64,000 nt of DNA, from positions 372,001 through 436,000 of the forward strand of contig JBEWZL010000184.1 in NCBI GenBank assembly GCA_045837725.1, read 5' to 3'. This document shows positions 42,288 to 54,938 of this stretch, in pieces. A program made the position numbers and the translations under genes. The notes under the pieces are model-generated. The model was not told the origin of the DNA, ran no database searches, and saw only the letters and a program-made list of their open reading frames with translations. Origin of the DNA: Vermamoeba vermiformis (lineage: Eukaryota). Numbering within the stretch: position 1 is the first letter of the stretch; each line of letters begins with the position of its first letter.

Positions 42288-45200
42288 TCACTGTGGATTT
42301 GCTGTCTCGCTCTTTTCCTTCTCTTTGTCTTTTTTCTTCTTATCTTTCGACGTGAGCTTAGCAATAGCATTACTTAGTGCATTATGTCGGTCCCAGAACT
42401 TTTTCTTCTTATCTTTACTCTTCTCTTTCGGTTCTTTTGGCTCTTTGACCTTCTTCTCTTTCTTTTTGGCCTCATCCGCTTTTTTGTCCTTCTTATCTTT
42501 CTTTGTCTTATCATCGGATGTGCTAGACGCGAGTGCATTAGCATTGGTCGTGCTCTTGCTTAGGTTATCGTTCGATTTGGGGTCTGCACTAGCCCGCGGC
42601 GAATCCGGATCTGACTTCCGTGGCGGAGCACCGGGTTTCGGCAATGGCTTGGGCCTAATGCGGTTATTGGCATCATCGGTGCTTCTAGTAACAAAGCGCG
42701 GCCTATTGCGTATATAACGTTAATCATTAAGTCCGCTATCAGATCCCAGACCAAAAAGCAGATTTCGGTCCCGAATGTAAATTCTTTGCAAAGAAGCAAC
42801 TCGCAAATAGCACTATATTGTGAGATCTATATAACAGGACTTACGATGGGTTAGCAACAACAGTGCCTGATTGCAGTTGTTTTCTCCTGTTCGCGAAGTA
42901 ATCGCCGGATCGGAGTTGCGCAGTCATGTTAGAAATATCATAGCCTTCAGGATGCTCTTCAGTAGCTCCTCCTTGCCCCTAAAGTTATGAAAAACCGATT
43001 GTGAGCATGACAGCGTTTAAAAGGTGATTTGACAAAACAAATCTGGAAAGTCCAGATCGAGATTTCACTGTAACCGCTCGCCAAGATTTGTTCCTTCGAG
43101 CGAACATTGCAACATGTAATTACCTTATTCTTCTTCATCTCTTCTAGCGCTTTAGCTCGCTTCTCCTCGTTCTTTTGTCGCAATCTTTCTCGCTCTTTTT
43201 CAACGCGTTCGCGCTCGAGATCTTTAACGGCATTCTATGGAATAAGCTTAGCGTTAGTACCCGGTCGCAATCATACCACCATATTGAATATATAAGCTTG
43301 GCAGACGGTGAAGGTCAAGGGAATTCACAATCTAGCCTGAAATTTCTTCGCGTAATGGCAGCAAAATTGCAACAAAGAAAATTTGAATTAAATAGTGAAT
43401 TAAGTAAGGTGATTCCTAATCTATAGCTATTTTTTGCAAAGGTAGTTAAGTAATTCTTTAAAAGGGTGTCACTTTCGTAAATCCAAGAGTTTGATCCGGT
43501 AAATAAATATTTGGAGTCTTACCTTGCAAGCCTCACTAAAATTGTAAATTGTACCGAACATATCTTCGGTCGAACAGCTCTTAGGGTCCTCAGCGAAGAA
43601 TGTAACGAGCTCTTTGAACTGCTTCTCCATTGTACCGAAGTCCTTGCTTATCAGATCCAGAGTATCCTTAGCAGTCGATGAAAAGCGCTATGTAAGGTAG
43701 CATTAGCATGGATAATTGATTGGAGCTCCACCAATAAATATTAATTAAAACTCCGTTACAAATTGACGTGCGCTATTAGCGGATGCCGCCATTTTTAAAA
43801 CTTAATCGCTATTATTAGTATAAATATCTGAATTACCTTTAAGATCTGAGCGAAAGGATCGGTGGCACTAATTACTTCTAGAGTTCCAGTTACGATTTCA
43901 AAGCCTTGTTTCAGCTTTGCCACGCCTGCCGTAGTCTCGGCGAGGGACACTTAGATGCAAAAATATTAGCATAAGTATGTATAATAATAACGCTATATGC
44001 AACGTCTTTAGATTAAATAATTATTAACTAATGGGTTTTCATTGAATTTAAATTTTTGTTGTCGAGGATTAATTAAATTTTAAATCTTACCTCGAGATGC
44101 GTGCTTCATTTGAGGAAGGTCGTCGTACCAATCCATAACATCAGGATGATCCTTTTGCAAGTACATGATGATGTAGTGGATCAGCGTTTTCTTGTTGTCA
44201 ACCGATTTGGTGTCTTTTAGCTTATTTAAGGTATCCATAGTAAAGCCAAAAGCACCTCCTCTAAAACCACCTCCGTTCAGGTAATTTCCAATCGCTAAGA
44301 TGATCTCCAATATCTTCTTGAATTTGTTGCTGGATCTGACCTGCTTTGAAGCGAACAAGACTGCTTGAATATCAGGCTGTAGATACTGCACTTGTTCATC
44401 GAAAGTAAGCTTATATTGAATGCTTCGTAGTCTTTCTTCGTAGTTCGGTACTTTGAGCATTTCCAGTAAAAATCGCTCGGCAGTTCCAAGTTCTTCAGCT
44501 GGGCCCTTATATTCGTTCAATAATGTAATTTCTTCTTTTGTCGGGATGTACTCCAATAAAGCAGTAGCGTTCTCGGCATTAATGACGTTCTCGTCGAATT
44601 TCATGATGGACTCGCGGATCTTCGGGTACGTAACGTCTTTGAAGCGAGATAACGTAATGGCCAAGTTATTGGCTCGCTTGGCATCAATGAGGGTCTGCTT
44701 AGTCTTCTTAGCTAAAATGGGAGTTTCTTTCTTTTCAATTTCTTTCGCGGCAAACATTTCTTCGAGCAAGTCGAGATCCAGCCGGATCAACTCATCGTTC
44801 AACTTCTCCCAATACGTATCTGGAATCTTATTGTTGCCGATCTTAGTCCAGTTCATCTGCTTCATCTTAATGCGAGGCTTAGGGTTCTTCTTTTGTTTAA
44901 CTGTAGCAATAAAATTAGTACCAAACATGCTGGTGGACACGTGTCACAAAGTACCATTAGAAGCCAAGCCAGGGCCAGGTGGCGGTGGAGGACCGCCCAT
45001 ACCAGGTGGAGGTGGTGGGCCTGGGGGAGGAGGAGGTGGTGGGCCACCGTCGCCGCCCATGCCAGGAGGAGGTGGTGGAGGTGGAGGAGCGAGTTCACCA
45101 CCGGGTGGGCCAGGAGGAGGTGGCGGTGGAGGAGCTCCTACGGTCGCATCGGGAACTTGCGGTGTTGCCTTCTCATCGGCTGCAAAAAGGCGTTAAGTAC

Positions 45201-48200
45201 TTGGTCAACAAAAAGTCAACGAGTTAAGTTTTCCTAAAGTACGTACTAGGAATACCAAGCTTCTTCTTCAACTCTTCGTTTTCAGATTGGAGCTCATTGT
45301 TCTGCTTGCTCATAGTCGTGATCAAGTTGCGCAAGTTTTGGATCTCCTCCAAGACACTTTCGGGGCTGCTTGGCGACCGGGATCCAGCCGCTGGTTTGGA
45401 ACCAGTAAGTGCAGGAGACTTGCTGAACCATCCTCGCTTCTTTTCGCTCGGCAAGATGACGTTCAACGAGTACATTTGCTCTTCGTTGAATTCATCGCCT
45501 TGTCGCTCTTTGATCATCGTGACTTGACGCGACAAATTGTCGAAAATGTTCCACACATCACGACCTACTTTGACATCGGCAGTCATGTCGAGCATGAACG
45601 ACAGAACATTCAAAAAGCCGCTGTAGAACGGTGTGTTCTTCACTGATTTGTACAAGGCTTCGTAAATATCGTTCGGGTTTCTAATTCAAGGTGATTAATA
45701 AGCTTGCCTAGTATAGTCATAATAGCTTATACTTACGCTCGATTGACGTTTCTGACTTCAGCGACTTGGTTGTCAGTCTCCAGCCAGTCAGCGTACATTT
45801 CTTCTTCAAACACATCCAACTGCGTCTCCAAACTTTCATTGTTGAACGTAGATCGGAAAGACTATTTAATATATTAGAAATATATTATTTGCAATAGTAA
45901 GTTTTCGTGTGCTTACCGTAATCAGATCTACAATGCCCAACTGAATGAAGAAATGTCGCATTTTAAGTCTTGTCTCGAGGTCTTCAGGCATATTAACGAT
46001 ACTGTTAATCAGTGCCATGCAAGAGATTAAATATTCGACTGAATATTGTTGCGCTAAGCTTTTCATTAATGACTCGAAGCGGATCTCCTCATTTTTCTTC
46101 TTTTGTAAGCGCTTATACGCATCATGAACAACCCTAAATAGTATATTAGTAATATTCTCAGTAATATTACGCTATTCTTCGAATAACTTACGCATGACCA
46201 TTCGGAGGTAACAAACAGGCCGCAGCTAACAAATCCAAGATCATGATTTTAACTTGCATGTTCTTAGTCATCAATTCTATTTTAACAATTTCGTACATTG
46301 CGCCATCATAATCTAAGATAGCTTGCAAGCCGATCTGTAAAAGGCAGCATTGAATTAGCAAGAAGAATAACTTTTCCTATTCTGTTATTTACGTACCTTA
46401 GAATTCATAATAGCGACTAAACATCGTACTATTTCGACAGCTAATTGAGGCGCATCGGTGGTTTTTCTGAAACGAGATTTTCGTTCCGCTTCGACCAGAT
46501 TTCGGAGCAAAAGTCCTAATCCGTCTTGCTCGAAGAAACTCTTAAGCCAAGTTACTGTACATGATCCCAATAGTACTCTCAAATGCATCATATCATCTAA
46601 TGAAGCCTACAATTGAACAAAAATGTTATTAGTTTGCCGTGAATTTGCCAGTTTGAAAATTGCCGCGGGTTATCATCGAAAATACCCAAAATTGGTAATT
46701 CTATCATGCCGAATCGAAACATGTATATTTGAATAAATTAGGTCAAATTTGATTCCGTCGGCCGTAACCAAAAATGACAAAAAAAATTAAATTCTAAAAA
46801 AATTATTTCAACGTACCTTATACTTAGTCAGCTTGGTGATATAATACTCGACGTTAGAGCTCGAGTTATTTGTTTTAGTCTTATTTCTATCGCCACCGCT
46901 ATTATTCAGAGTACTTTGAGGCTGCGCCGCTTTCATTTGTTGGATCAAGGTCAACTTGTTTTCATCAGATAAGGACATGACGTAGTCTCGTTGTTCTTCG
47001 GGAATGCCCAATTCATCCAGCATCGCTGCGAAGGCCAAGTAGCGCTCTTTCTCATCGGGAGCCATAGTGTTCAGATCTGCTCGCTTTGGCGTTTCCAATT
47101 TGGGACGTGCTGTGTGAGGAATTTTATCGGCAGCTATAATTAAGGTAAGTTTAAAATGTTAGTATCGAGGACTTACCTCCGCCTGGTGCGGGGACTTTTC
47201 TCATAGTTGGAATTTGAGGCACTCCTAAATTTGTTTGTGATCGAGTTCGCTTGCGGAATCTCATCGTATCTAAATATTGATATTAATATGAATGTTACTA
47301 ATATATAGTAGCTGCCGGGTAGTATCGATAAATGATGTATTGAATCGTACCGTGAGGTGGGGCATTGGGATCTCGGCTTGCCAAGTCACGTGTTCCAACG
47401 ACTGTTGATCGCTCGTACACGCTCGGTCGCGATTTTTTCTTCTTTTTGTCACCGTCTTCATCTTTGCCTTTAAAAACACGCTTAAGAATCCTCAAGGTAC
47501 CCTTCTCTTCGCCCTGTGATCGTCTCTTAGTCTTCTTATCTTCTTCTTTTGGCGCCGCGTCTGGTGATAAGCCTTGTTGCGGAGCATTTTTGTTGTCTCC
47601 GCGCGGTGATGATTTAGGTATTGCTTCAGGTGATGTGCTTGGCGTGTCAACCGGTTTGTGTTCAACTTGTTTTTCTTCAGACGGCTTGTTCACGACAATA
47701 CGAGGGGACACTGAATCTGTAATAAACAAAGAGGGTTAGGGTTTGACGATACGATTTTTCATCACAATGACTAACGTACCTTTAGATGCTGCATCCTCAG
47801 TGCTCGTGCTCGTGTTATTGCTGCCGACTCTAGTATGACCTTTGACAGGCTTATCCATGTCCAAGAGATCCTGCGACAAAGGAGCTCCGTCTTCATCGAC
47901 CGTTTCGCGTCGTGACAAGTTACTAGTGCCAGCACTAGTGGTTGTTTCTTGTGACGATTTTTCTTCATCGAGTGAATTCTCTTCAGAAGGCACGATATCG
48001 CCTAATTTAGGAAATTGTGTTGGATCGATAACGGGGTCTTCTGGTTCTCGTGCACTTTCTTCTTGCCACGATGACGCTTCGGACATGGAACTTTCGCCCT
48101 CGCGTTCCTACTTGGTATTAATATGACGTCGCTGATATTTACTACTATCTTATAGCTCGGTACCTTCAATTGATAGAACACATCGTCGCTGTCAATAAAC

Positions 48201-49139
48201 TCGGTCTGTCCTTCCGTGATCGGTGTGAACCCGACAGGACTCGCCATGACTTTTTTCGCAAATTCGATTGCCGCGTGGCGATCTTGATTGACCGAAACTG
48301 TTTTAAGAATCCAATCTACGAGTTGTGCGCCTAAATTCTCCAAATTAGTCCGTTGAAAAGATTTCAATATTTTCGGCAAGTTTGGTTCGAAAAGATCTTT
48401 TTGAATTTGCAAATTGAATTGCACATTTTTGATGCTATGAAATGAGAAGAGATTTTGGTTATAACAAATAGTGTGAATTAATTTACAATTTTTCGATACG
48501 AGTTAAATCACAAAAAATCTTATTACTTGCCGAAATTTGGAGCGGATCCATGGAATAATCTTCCATTTACCCACTATAGTAAATAATTATGCTTACCACT
48601 AAAATTAAGAAGTTCGGCACCATGTGAACCGCTATGTCTGTTTGCGAGGCCAAATTCCTCATCCTCGAGCAGATTTGTGGCGTCCTCGATAACACCAAAT
48701 GGGTCTAATAATATTTGTTAAAATCAATAACGCTATTATTTTCCAAATTAAATCTTTTTAGCGGATTTGACGATATCAAAAAAAGAAAATTACCGTGAGC
48801 CTTCGGACTGTCCAAAAACACAGCAATTTCTTGACGCAGCTCTGCTGTAATGTCTTCTTGAGCCTTAATACAGCTTTCTAATAATTGAGAATCTGCAGAA
48901 TCTTTCTCCAATTCAGCAACAATCTCCGCGTTTGTCAGATTTGTAATTATTTGGTGAGTTGCATGAGGCTCTAAGAACTTCGTTTTGATTTCCTTTAATA
49001 TATGGGATCGTTTTGCTTCATCTTTTTCATGCTTCGCGTGCTCAGTTGCGATCCAGAAAAACAAAAGCTTCGCTTTCTGCTTCACATCCAAGAACTGAAG
49101 GAAATTGAGCGTGGTATTAATATTATTTAGCTGCTCCAT
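42288..49139 (-). CDS. Diaphanous-related formin with N-terminal RGS and DEP domains
   Basis: RGS-like FLQFL...LLFFWIATE...IKTKFL; DEP NFSGAQLVDWI...EFIDSDDVFYQL; GBD/FH3; poly-Pro FH1; FH2 MKQMNWTKI, ILAIGNYLNGG, LNKLKDTKS; DAD-like MTAQLRSGDYF. Confidence 0.9.
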
Positions 49140-49403
49140 GTAATATTAATATTGGTATATAATATATTATAAATTTTAATTTTTGATATCGGAACTATTT
49201 CATTCTTCGGTAGCCGCGCAGATGAGGCTCTTTCCTCCAAATAACAATAATATGGCCTGTTAGCCGCGACCACGTTTATTAAGATACAAATAAGTTGTTA
49301 GTGGTCGCGTCTTTTTGAAGTTTTTGAAACTGACCGTTTTTTGTTTCAACAAATTTGAATGTTGTGGGCAGCAATCGACCACAAAAATATTTATATTTAG
49401 CAA

Positions 49404-51246
49404 ATGCTACGTTTTATTCCAATTATAGTATCAGCACGGTGTTTGGCAAAAGCGCGGCTTTTTCGATCGAGATCGATTTTAATCCGACATCTCCACTCAG
49501 AAGGAAAAAATCCTTTGTTCGTAGAAACATATGACAAACTGAAAGTAATATCTATGCATGAGTTTGGTAATATTGGGCTATTACAAGGATTTTGGTACCC
49601 AGAGACAGATCCAACGAAGACGGTAGGCCACAACAAACCCCAATAAATATATCATAATTTAGTACCGTCATAAATCGTTGAAGAGAACGAAAGACAGTCA
49701 CAATCATCCACTTACACAATTTTTTTGAGTCAGGGAGCCATCAGATTGCGATCTAACAATCTTACTGACACTCTAGCGCAACTGAAGGATCGATTTCTCA
49801 TTATCGATAAAAGTACCTATGAAGATGTAGATGCCTCAACCAAGTAGGCGCTTAAAACAGCGAGATGATGAATCTGCGATCTGAACTCATTGATTTTAGA
49901 CAACTCCGCTTACTCATCAAGAAGGATATTCCCCATAGTCCTCAAGTATGATATTTTAATATTATAGGCGATTGCCTGGGAGCTAAATCAAAGGGAGACC
50001 TAACCTTACTACAATTCAGAAAAAGAACGAGCTTAAAAAAGTTGAGAACGACGTGCTGAATCGGCTGTTAGTTAGATACGATGTGGATGGCAAAAATTTA
50101 TCATTCAAAGCTCTAGGCAATGCTGACTTAACGGGCACGATCGATCCGTTCATTCGAAGCACGGTAGAGTTCGCTAAAACCAATCAAATTGCCATTCAAT
50201 CAGTCGCTATTGGATATTTACACTTTATAGGACTTCAAAATGCACGAAAGATTCAAAAAGAAGGTTAGTAACCATGCGCTACGCGAGAAAAGATCCGCTA
50301 TTAACGCACCTTTGTTCGTAGGAGTCTTTATTAAGGTCCTAAACAGTCGTATATATCCCCTGTATAGTGTCTTTAGACCCCCAACGTACCAAGAGTATTT
50401 GGAATTCTTTTCGCGCATGTTCAACAAACATCAGCTGTACAATACTACCGGCCCCGTTCTCGAAATTGGTAAGCTCATTACGATTATAGACATTATGCAC
50501 CGTACTAAAATAATCATGTTCTACATTAATCGGCCTATTAGGAAGTGGCACGGGAGTTTTATCGTTAATCATGGCGCAACAAGTTATCAACAAACGTAAG
50601 GATTTTATTCCACGCAATGATAAACGTTACTTAGCAAATGAGCTATAGTAGTATTTACTCGCAATTTTTCAGGGCCTGAATTGGCGAGTCAATGGAAAGT
50701 CGTTTGTACTGACATCAATCCACAAGCGGTCATTTGCACGGAGATGAATGCGAATGCAGTTTTAGGAGCAAATAAGCATATGATTGAGCCAATTCATGCC
50801 GATTTATTCCCTCCGAGCAACGATAAGTATGAATTAATTGTCAGTAATCCGCCGTTCAAACCAGTTGAAAATATTCGCACTCCGTTCGAGTTATGTAAGT
50901 GCCTTCGTTACCAAATATAGTTTAGCTACGCTTAAATACTATAATGAACCTAACCGCTATTGTTGTAGCTGTTTATGACAAGAATGAAAGGTTTTTGAAA
51001 ACGCTATTACAAACCGTAGCGGATCGACTGACAGAGAATGGAAAGCTCTTATTGTTGTACTCAAATATCGATAGACCAGCCGATTATATCGACAATCTAT
51101 GCAAGCAATATCAGTTGGCTGTGGAGGCCAAAGAAGAGCTGGATGTACACGCGATGAAAGCTTCTGACCCATTTGCCCCTACTAAGGTGCAAGGAACTAA
51201 GGAACGCTTACAGATATTTATTATTACTCCATCCGCTCCCAAATAA
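49404..51246 (+). CDS. Class I SAM-dependent methyltransferase (MTS/HemK-like), possibly mitochondrial
   Basis: VLEIGSGTG, CTDINPQAV, ADLFP, IVSNPPF, LTENGKLLL; Arg-rich acid-free N-terminus. Confidence 0.85.
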
Positions 51247-51622
51247 AGCTTATTTTAAACGCTTTGTACCGGACTAAGATCTGTCTTTCAGTACGTACAA
51301 TTCTTTCATTATTTTACTATTAGTTGGTCTATATGTACCAATATTATATGTTGCTGTATTCTTGACGATCGAGGGAGCGACTAAGTGAGTGCAAGCAGTC
51401 GTAGCTGATCAGGTTGTTTTGTTATGTCCTCGTTTGTACTGAGAGGCTTTTGTTGCGTTTTGAAGTCTTTATTATTTTCATTTGTATATTAGAATATTAT
51501 TCGACTTTTTGTTAACAAAAACAAAACCGAACAGATCGTTCGTGTGGATTCGCAAACGTAAAATTGAGGGAAGGAGGGTTGAGCGGTTATTTGAATATTA
51601 TTATTAAATACTCCTTATTCGC

Positions 51623-52852
51623 TTATTTCTTGGCCTTAGCCAACAGTTTGGCCTTTTCTTCTTCGAGAGCCTTCAACTGTTGGGCCTTTTCCTTCTCCAA
51701 CTTGGTAATTTCAGTTTCGACGGTGACAAGGGTGGACTTGATAGTCTTCAACTCTTGCTCGAGTTCGCCTTGACGCTTCTTCAAAAGAGCGCGTTCGTCG
51801 GCCAACTTGGTCAAGTTGATCTGCAACTCGCCGTTCTTGACGGATTCGAGCTTGTTCTTCAACTGGGCCCATTCTTCAAGGTTGTTCTCGATATCGCGGA
51901 TCAAGTCTTGTTCCTTGACAACGGGGTCGACCTTCTCAACTACGAAATTTGGATTCGTTAGTAAATTTGTTATTGTGAACGATCTATGACGTAATATTCA
52001 ACCAAAAAATCTCCTAATTTTTCTAGTGGTGTAGTAAAGACTTATAATATTAGTCCTTGATTAGGGACTTACCTTGGTGGCCATTGGTTTGGTTGTCGGC
52101 CTTCTTCTTTTGATTGGGTCGGGATTGGGGCTTCTCCTTAGGAGCAGCGGGTTGTTGTTGAACAACAGGTTGGGATTGAGGCAAACCTTTGCGAACCATA
52201 GCGCTCCAGTTGCTACCCTTCTTTTCTATAAAGCATCAAAATTAATTAAAGTCCGGGATCGGCGTTTTTTTATTTTATCGAGAGAAAATTTAAAGAAAGG
52301 AGAAAAAAATTGTGGATAGTAAGAAATAATACTAGTTAATATACAGCACGATAAAATGAATTTTTGAAAAATAAAAGCTTTAAAGAAGCACTTACGGTTC
52401 AAGACCTCGATGGTGTTTTTAACGTTGTGAGCGTTCTCTTGAAGAGTGGCCCAAGCCTCGTGCTCAGAGAAGTAACCACCAGTTCCTTGAACAACTTCAA
52501 GGACGAGCTCGTAGTGCTCGTTGGAGATCTTGCCCTTCAAGGTGGGAGTTGATGGGGCTTGTTGTGGGTTGCCTTGTTGCTGCTTGGGCTTGTTGTTGTT
52601 GTTATTGTTGGCACCCTCCTTTCGGCGTCGTTGTTGGCCGTTGTTATTGTTATTATTGGCCTGCTTGGGCTTGTTATTGTTGGGCTTAGGAGATCCGTTA
52701 GCGCCATTTTGTTGTTGGTTTCTGGGCTTGCCTACGGACTTGAAACCGTCATTGCTAGTGTTAGCATTGTTATTTTTGTTATTTTGAGGTTTAGGCTTTG
52801 GTGAGGCGCCGTTTGCCTGCTTTTGGACGGCTTGCTTTTGAGTGTCGCTCAT
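51623..52852 (-). CDS. N/Q-rich protein with UBA/CUE-like domain and C-terminal coiled coil, 3 exons
   Basis: LVLEVVQGTGGYFSEHEAWATLQENAHNVKNTIEVLN resembles a UBA/CUE fold; heptad-rich last exon; strong codon bias. Confidence 0.7.
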
Positions 52853-53309
52853 CTTCGAATCGAATCAACAAAAAATAAATAATAATCTAATTAATACAAT
52901 TGCATAAATAAAGCGGCAACAGGGACCTTAGGTGCGATGAGTGGTCGCTTATTTCTCGTTGTCAACAAAAATACAAGCGAGAACGTGGTCTGATTCTTTT
53001 TCTCCTTTTGGGCAAAATTCCTTCGGAAAATGATATATTTTCCAACTCCACAAAATATTGGTCTTATTTGCACGCTCGTACACTTCAGCACACCAGTACG
53101 ATATTTGAGGAATTTTTTTCGGCTCGTTGCTCGATCGGACTGAGCCAGATGCAGGCGGAGACATGTTTTTCCACACGCTCGCATTTGTGATTGTAGTGGG
53201 GAGTATATTTATCATCCATAAAGTCCGTAAAGCAACGTTTGCCAAGCAGAAAGTATATACAACCGTAACTACCGTGACAAAGAAGAACAATCCACATCCA
53301 GTCTTTCTA

Positions 53310-54762
53310 CACTGTGGTATAAACACAATGTTTTTCGCCGTTTCCTGTTGTGGAGCGAACAAAAACAACGTTTATTTAAAAAAACAAAGATACCTTAAAA
53401 GTCGTTACAGACCCAATAATCTTATTGCGGAGCACTGCAGCTATCGCGAAACTGAAATAGACGAACTTGCTAGGCTAAGTTTGGCCAAAGAGTGCTCACG
53501 CGTTGTTGCAAGTTAGGTTATTTCCGCATCGAAAGTATTTAGCCAAAATTTAAAGAAGCCTATGTTCGATTTTAAGTATTTGGATTATAACTAGGACGAT
53601 CGTTTTTGGAATTGGAGAATGCACGCGAGGTGTCAAAACCGCGGAAAATTCGTGTGCTTGTCAGCGATTAGTAATAATGTCAGCGCACAATTTTATTTTG
53701 CACATAACTTTTTGCTGCATACCTCAACTGAGCAAGATCCTCATTGCCGTTTTGGTGATAAAGTAAGTATTAATACGACCAAAAATATTGCCTGTGGCCA
53801 CAATTTTAGCTTTCTTAGGTTACTGTTTGCTAAATGTATGATACATTTAGGTGAGCAACGATATTGATCTCAATAATATTGGATGTGAAAGAACGAAGTC
53901 GCCACATTGCGGTATCAAAAATTACTAAAATTCCGCAATATTCTTGCTGTGAAATATCGCTCGTTTTCAATCGTGTTCTGACTTATTGTAAGTCGCCGGT
54001 AAAATATTATCATTAAAACAGTGAGTTTAACTGAGAAGTACTTTTCGAGCTTGGCTATGGTGCTTTACCAACAAAAGAACTGCGTAAGTTTATCGTAGCG
54101 TACCTTGTTATAATTTCTGATTAGTCGTTGCTACAATAGAAGGCAGTACTACAAGGCACTGGCACTCATTCCACCGCTATCGCAAGGCCCTCAAAGTCTG
54201 CTCCAAGTATGCCACTTGACTCATTGGTCATGCACACTGACAAGCTAATTTTAGACTCGCCATGCACGAGTACGTAGCTCCAACCAATCCGGATTCAGCA
54301 CCACAGCCCTGCATGGCGTTCATGAAGCGAATGAACTGGTGTCAACGGTGAGTGCCGTGGAGTGGGTCAGAAACTCTCGACCATCATATCTCGCACCGCG
54401 CAGCTGAGTCGCGATCTCGAAAGACGTCTCAAGTACAACTCAAACGACATCTCGCAAACCCTCATTGCCAAAGTGCTGAGAAGCTCATAGTACGGCACCA
54501 GACAGAGCGGTGCAACGAAATCAACTTGAATTCTGCTCCCGCATCAAATCGCTCACTTCGCTCTATCGCACTTCAGCAGAGTACGGCATTCACTTGTTTG
54601 TGGCTATTCGAATTGATACAAATAAAGTTGTTTGTTAAACTGGAACCTTTTACGAAACCCTACTACTTGAATAACACTGTTTTGCGTAAAACAATGTTTT
54701 GTTGGCACACGAAACAGCGGCAGGAAACGTGTTTCGAAAAACATTGTTTCTATACCACAGTG
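53310..54762. mobile_element. Non-autonomous TIR DNA transposon, CACTG termini, TA target duplication
   Basis: TA|CACTGTGGTATAAACACAATGTTTTTCG ... CGAAAAACATTGTTTCTATACCACAGTG|TA. Excision restores the host frame and splice donor. Confidence 0.92.
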
Positions 54763-54938
54763 TACCCGTAAGAATAATTCCTATTTTACCAAATAATTAT
54801 CTATACGGTATATTTTATAATTATCAGCCAATGAGTCGCTAGATTAATTCTAAATTTTATTTTTTGAAATTGAACAGGAGATTGTTGGCGAGGTTCAGTC
54901 TTATCTAGATGTTGTCTCGCTTGGAAAATGTCGATTGA

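Noticed and set aside
44453-45237. Gly/Arg-rich plus-strand ORFs
   Set aside because: Antisense of the formin FH1 poly-proline and FH2 exons.
51345-51450. Possible H/ACA snoRNA on the minus strand
   Set aside because: Only one convincing hairpin, and the box matches are short enough to be chance.
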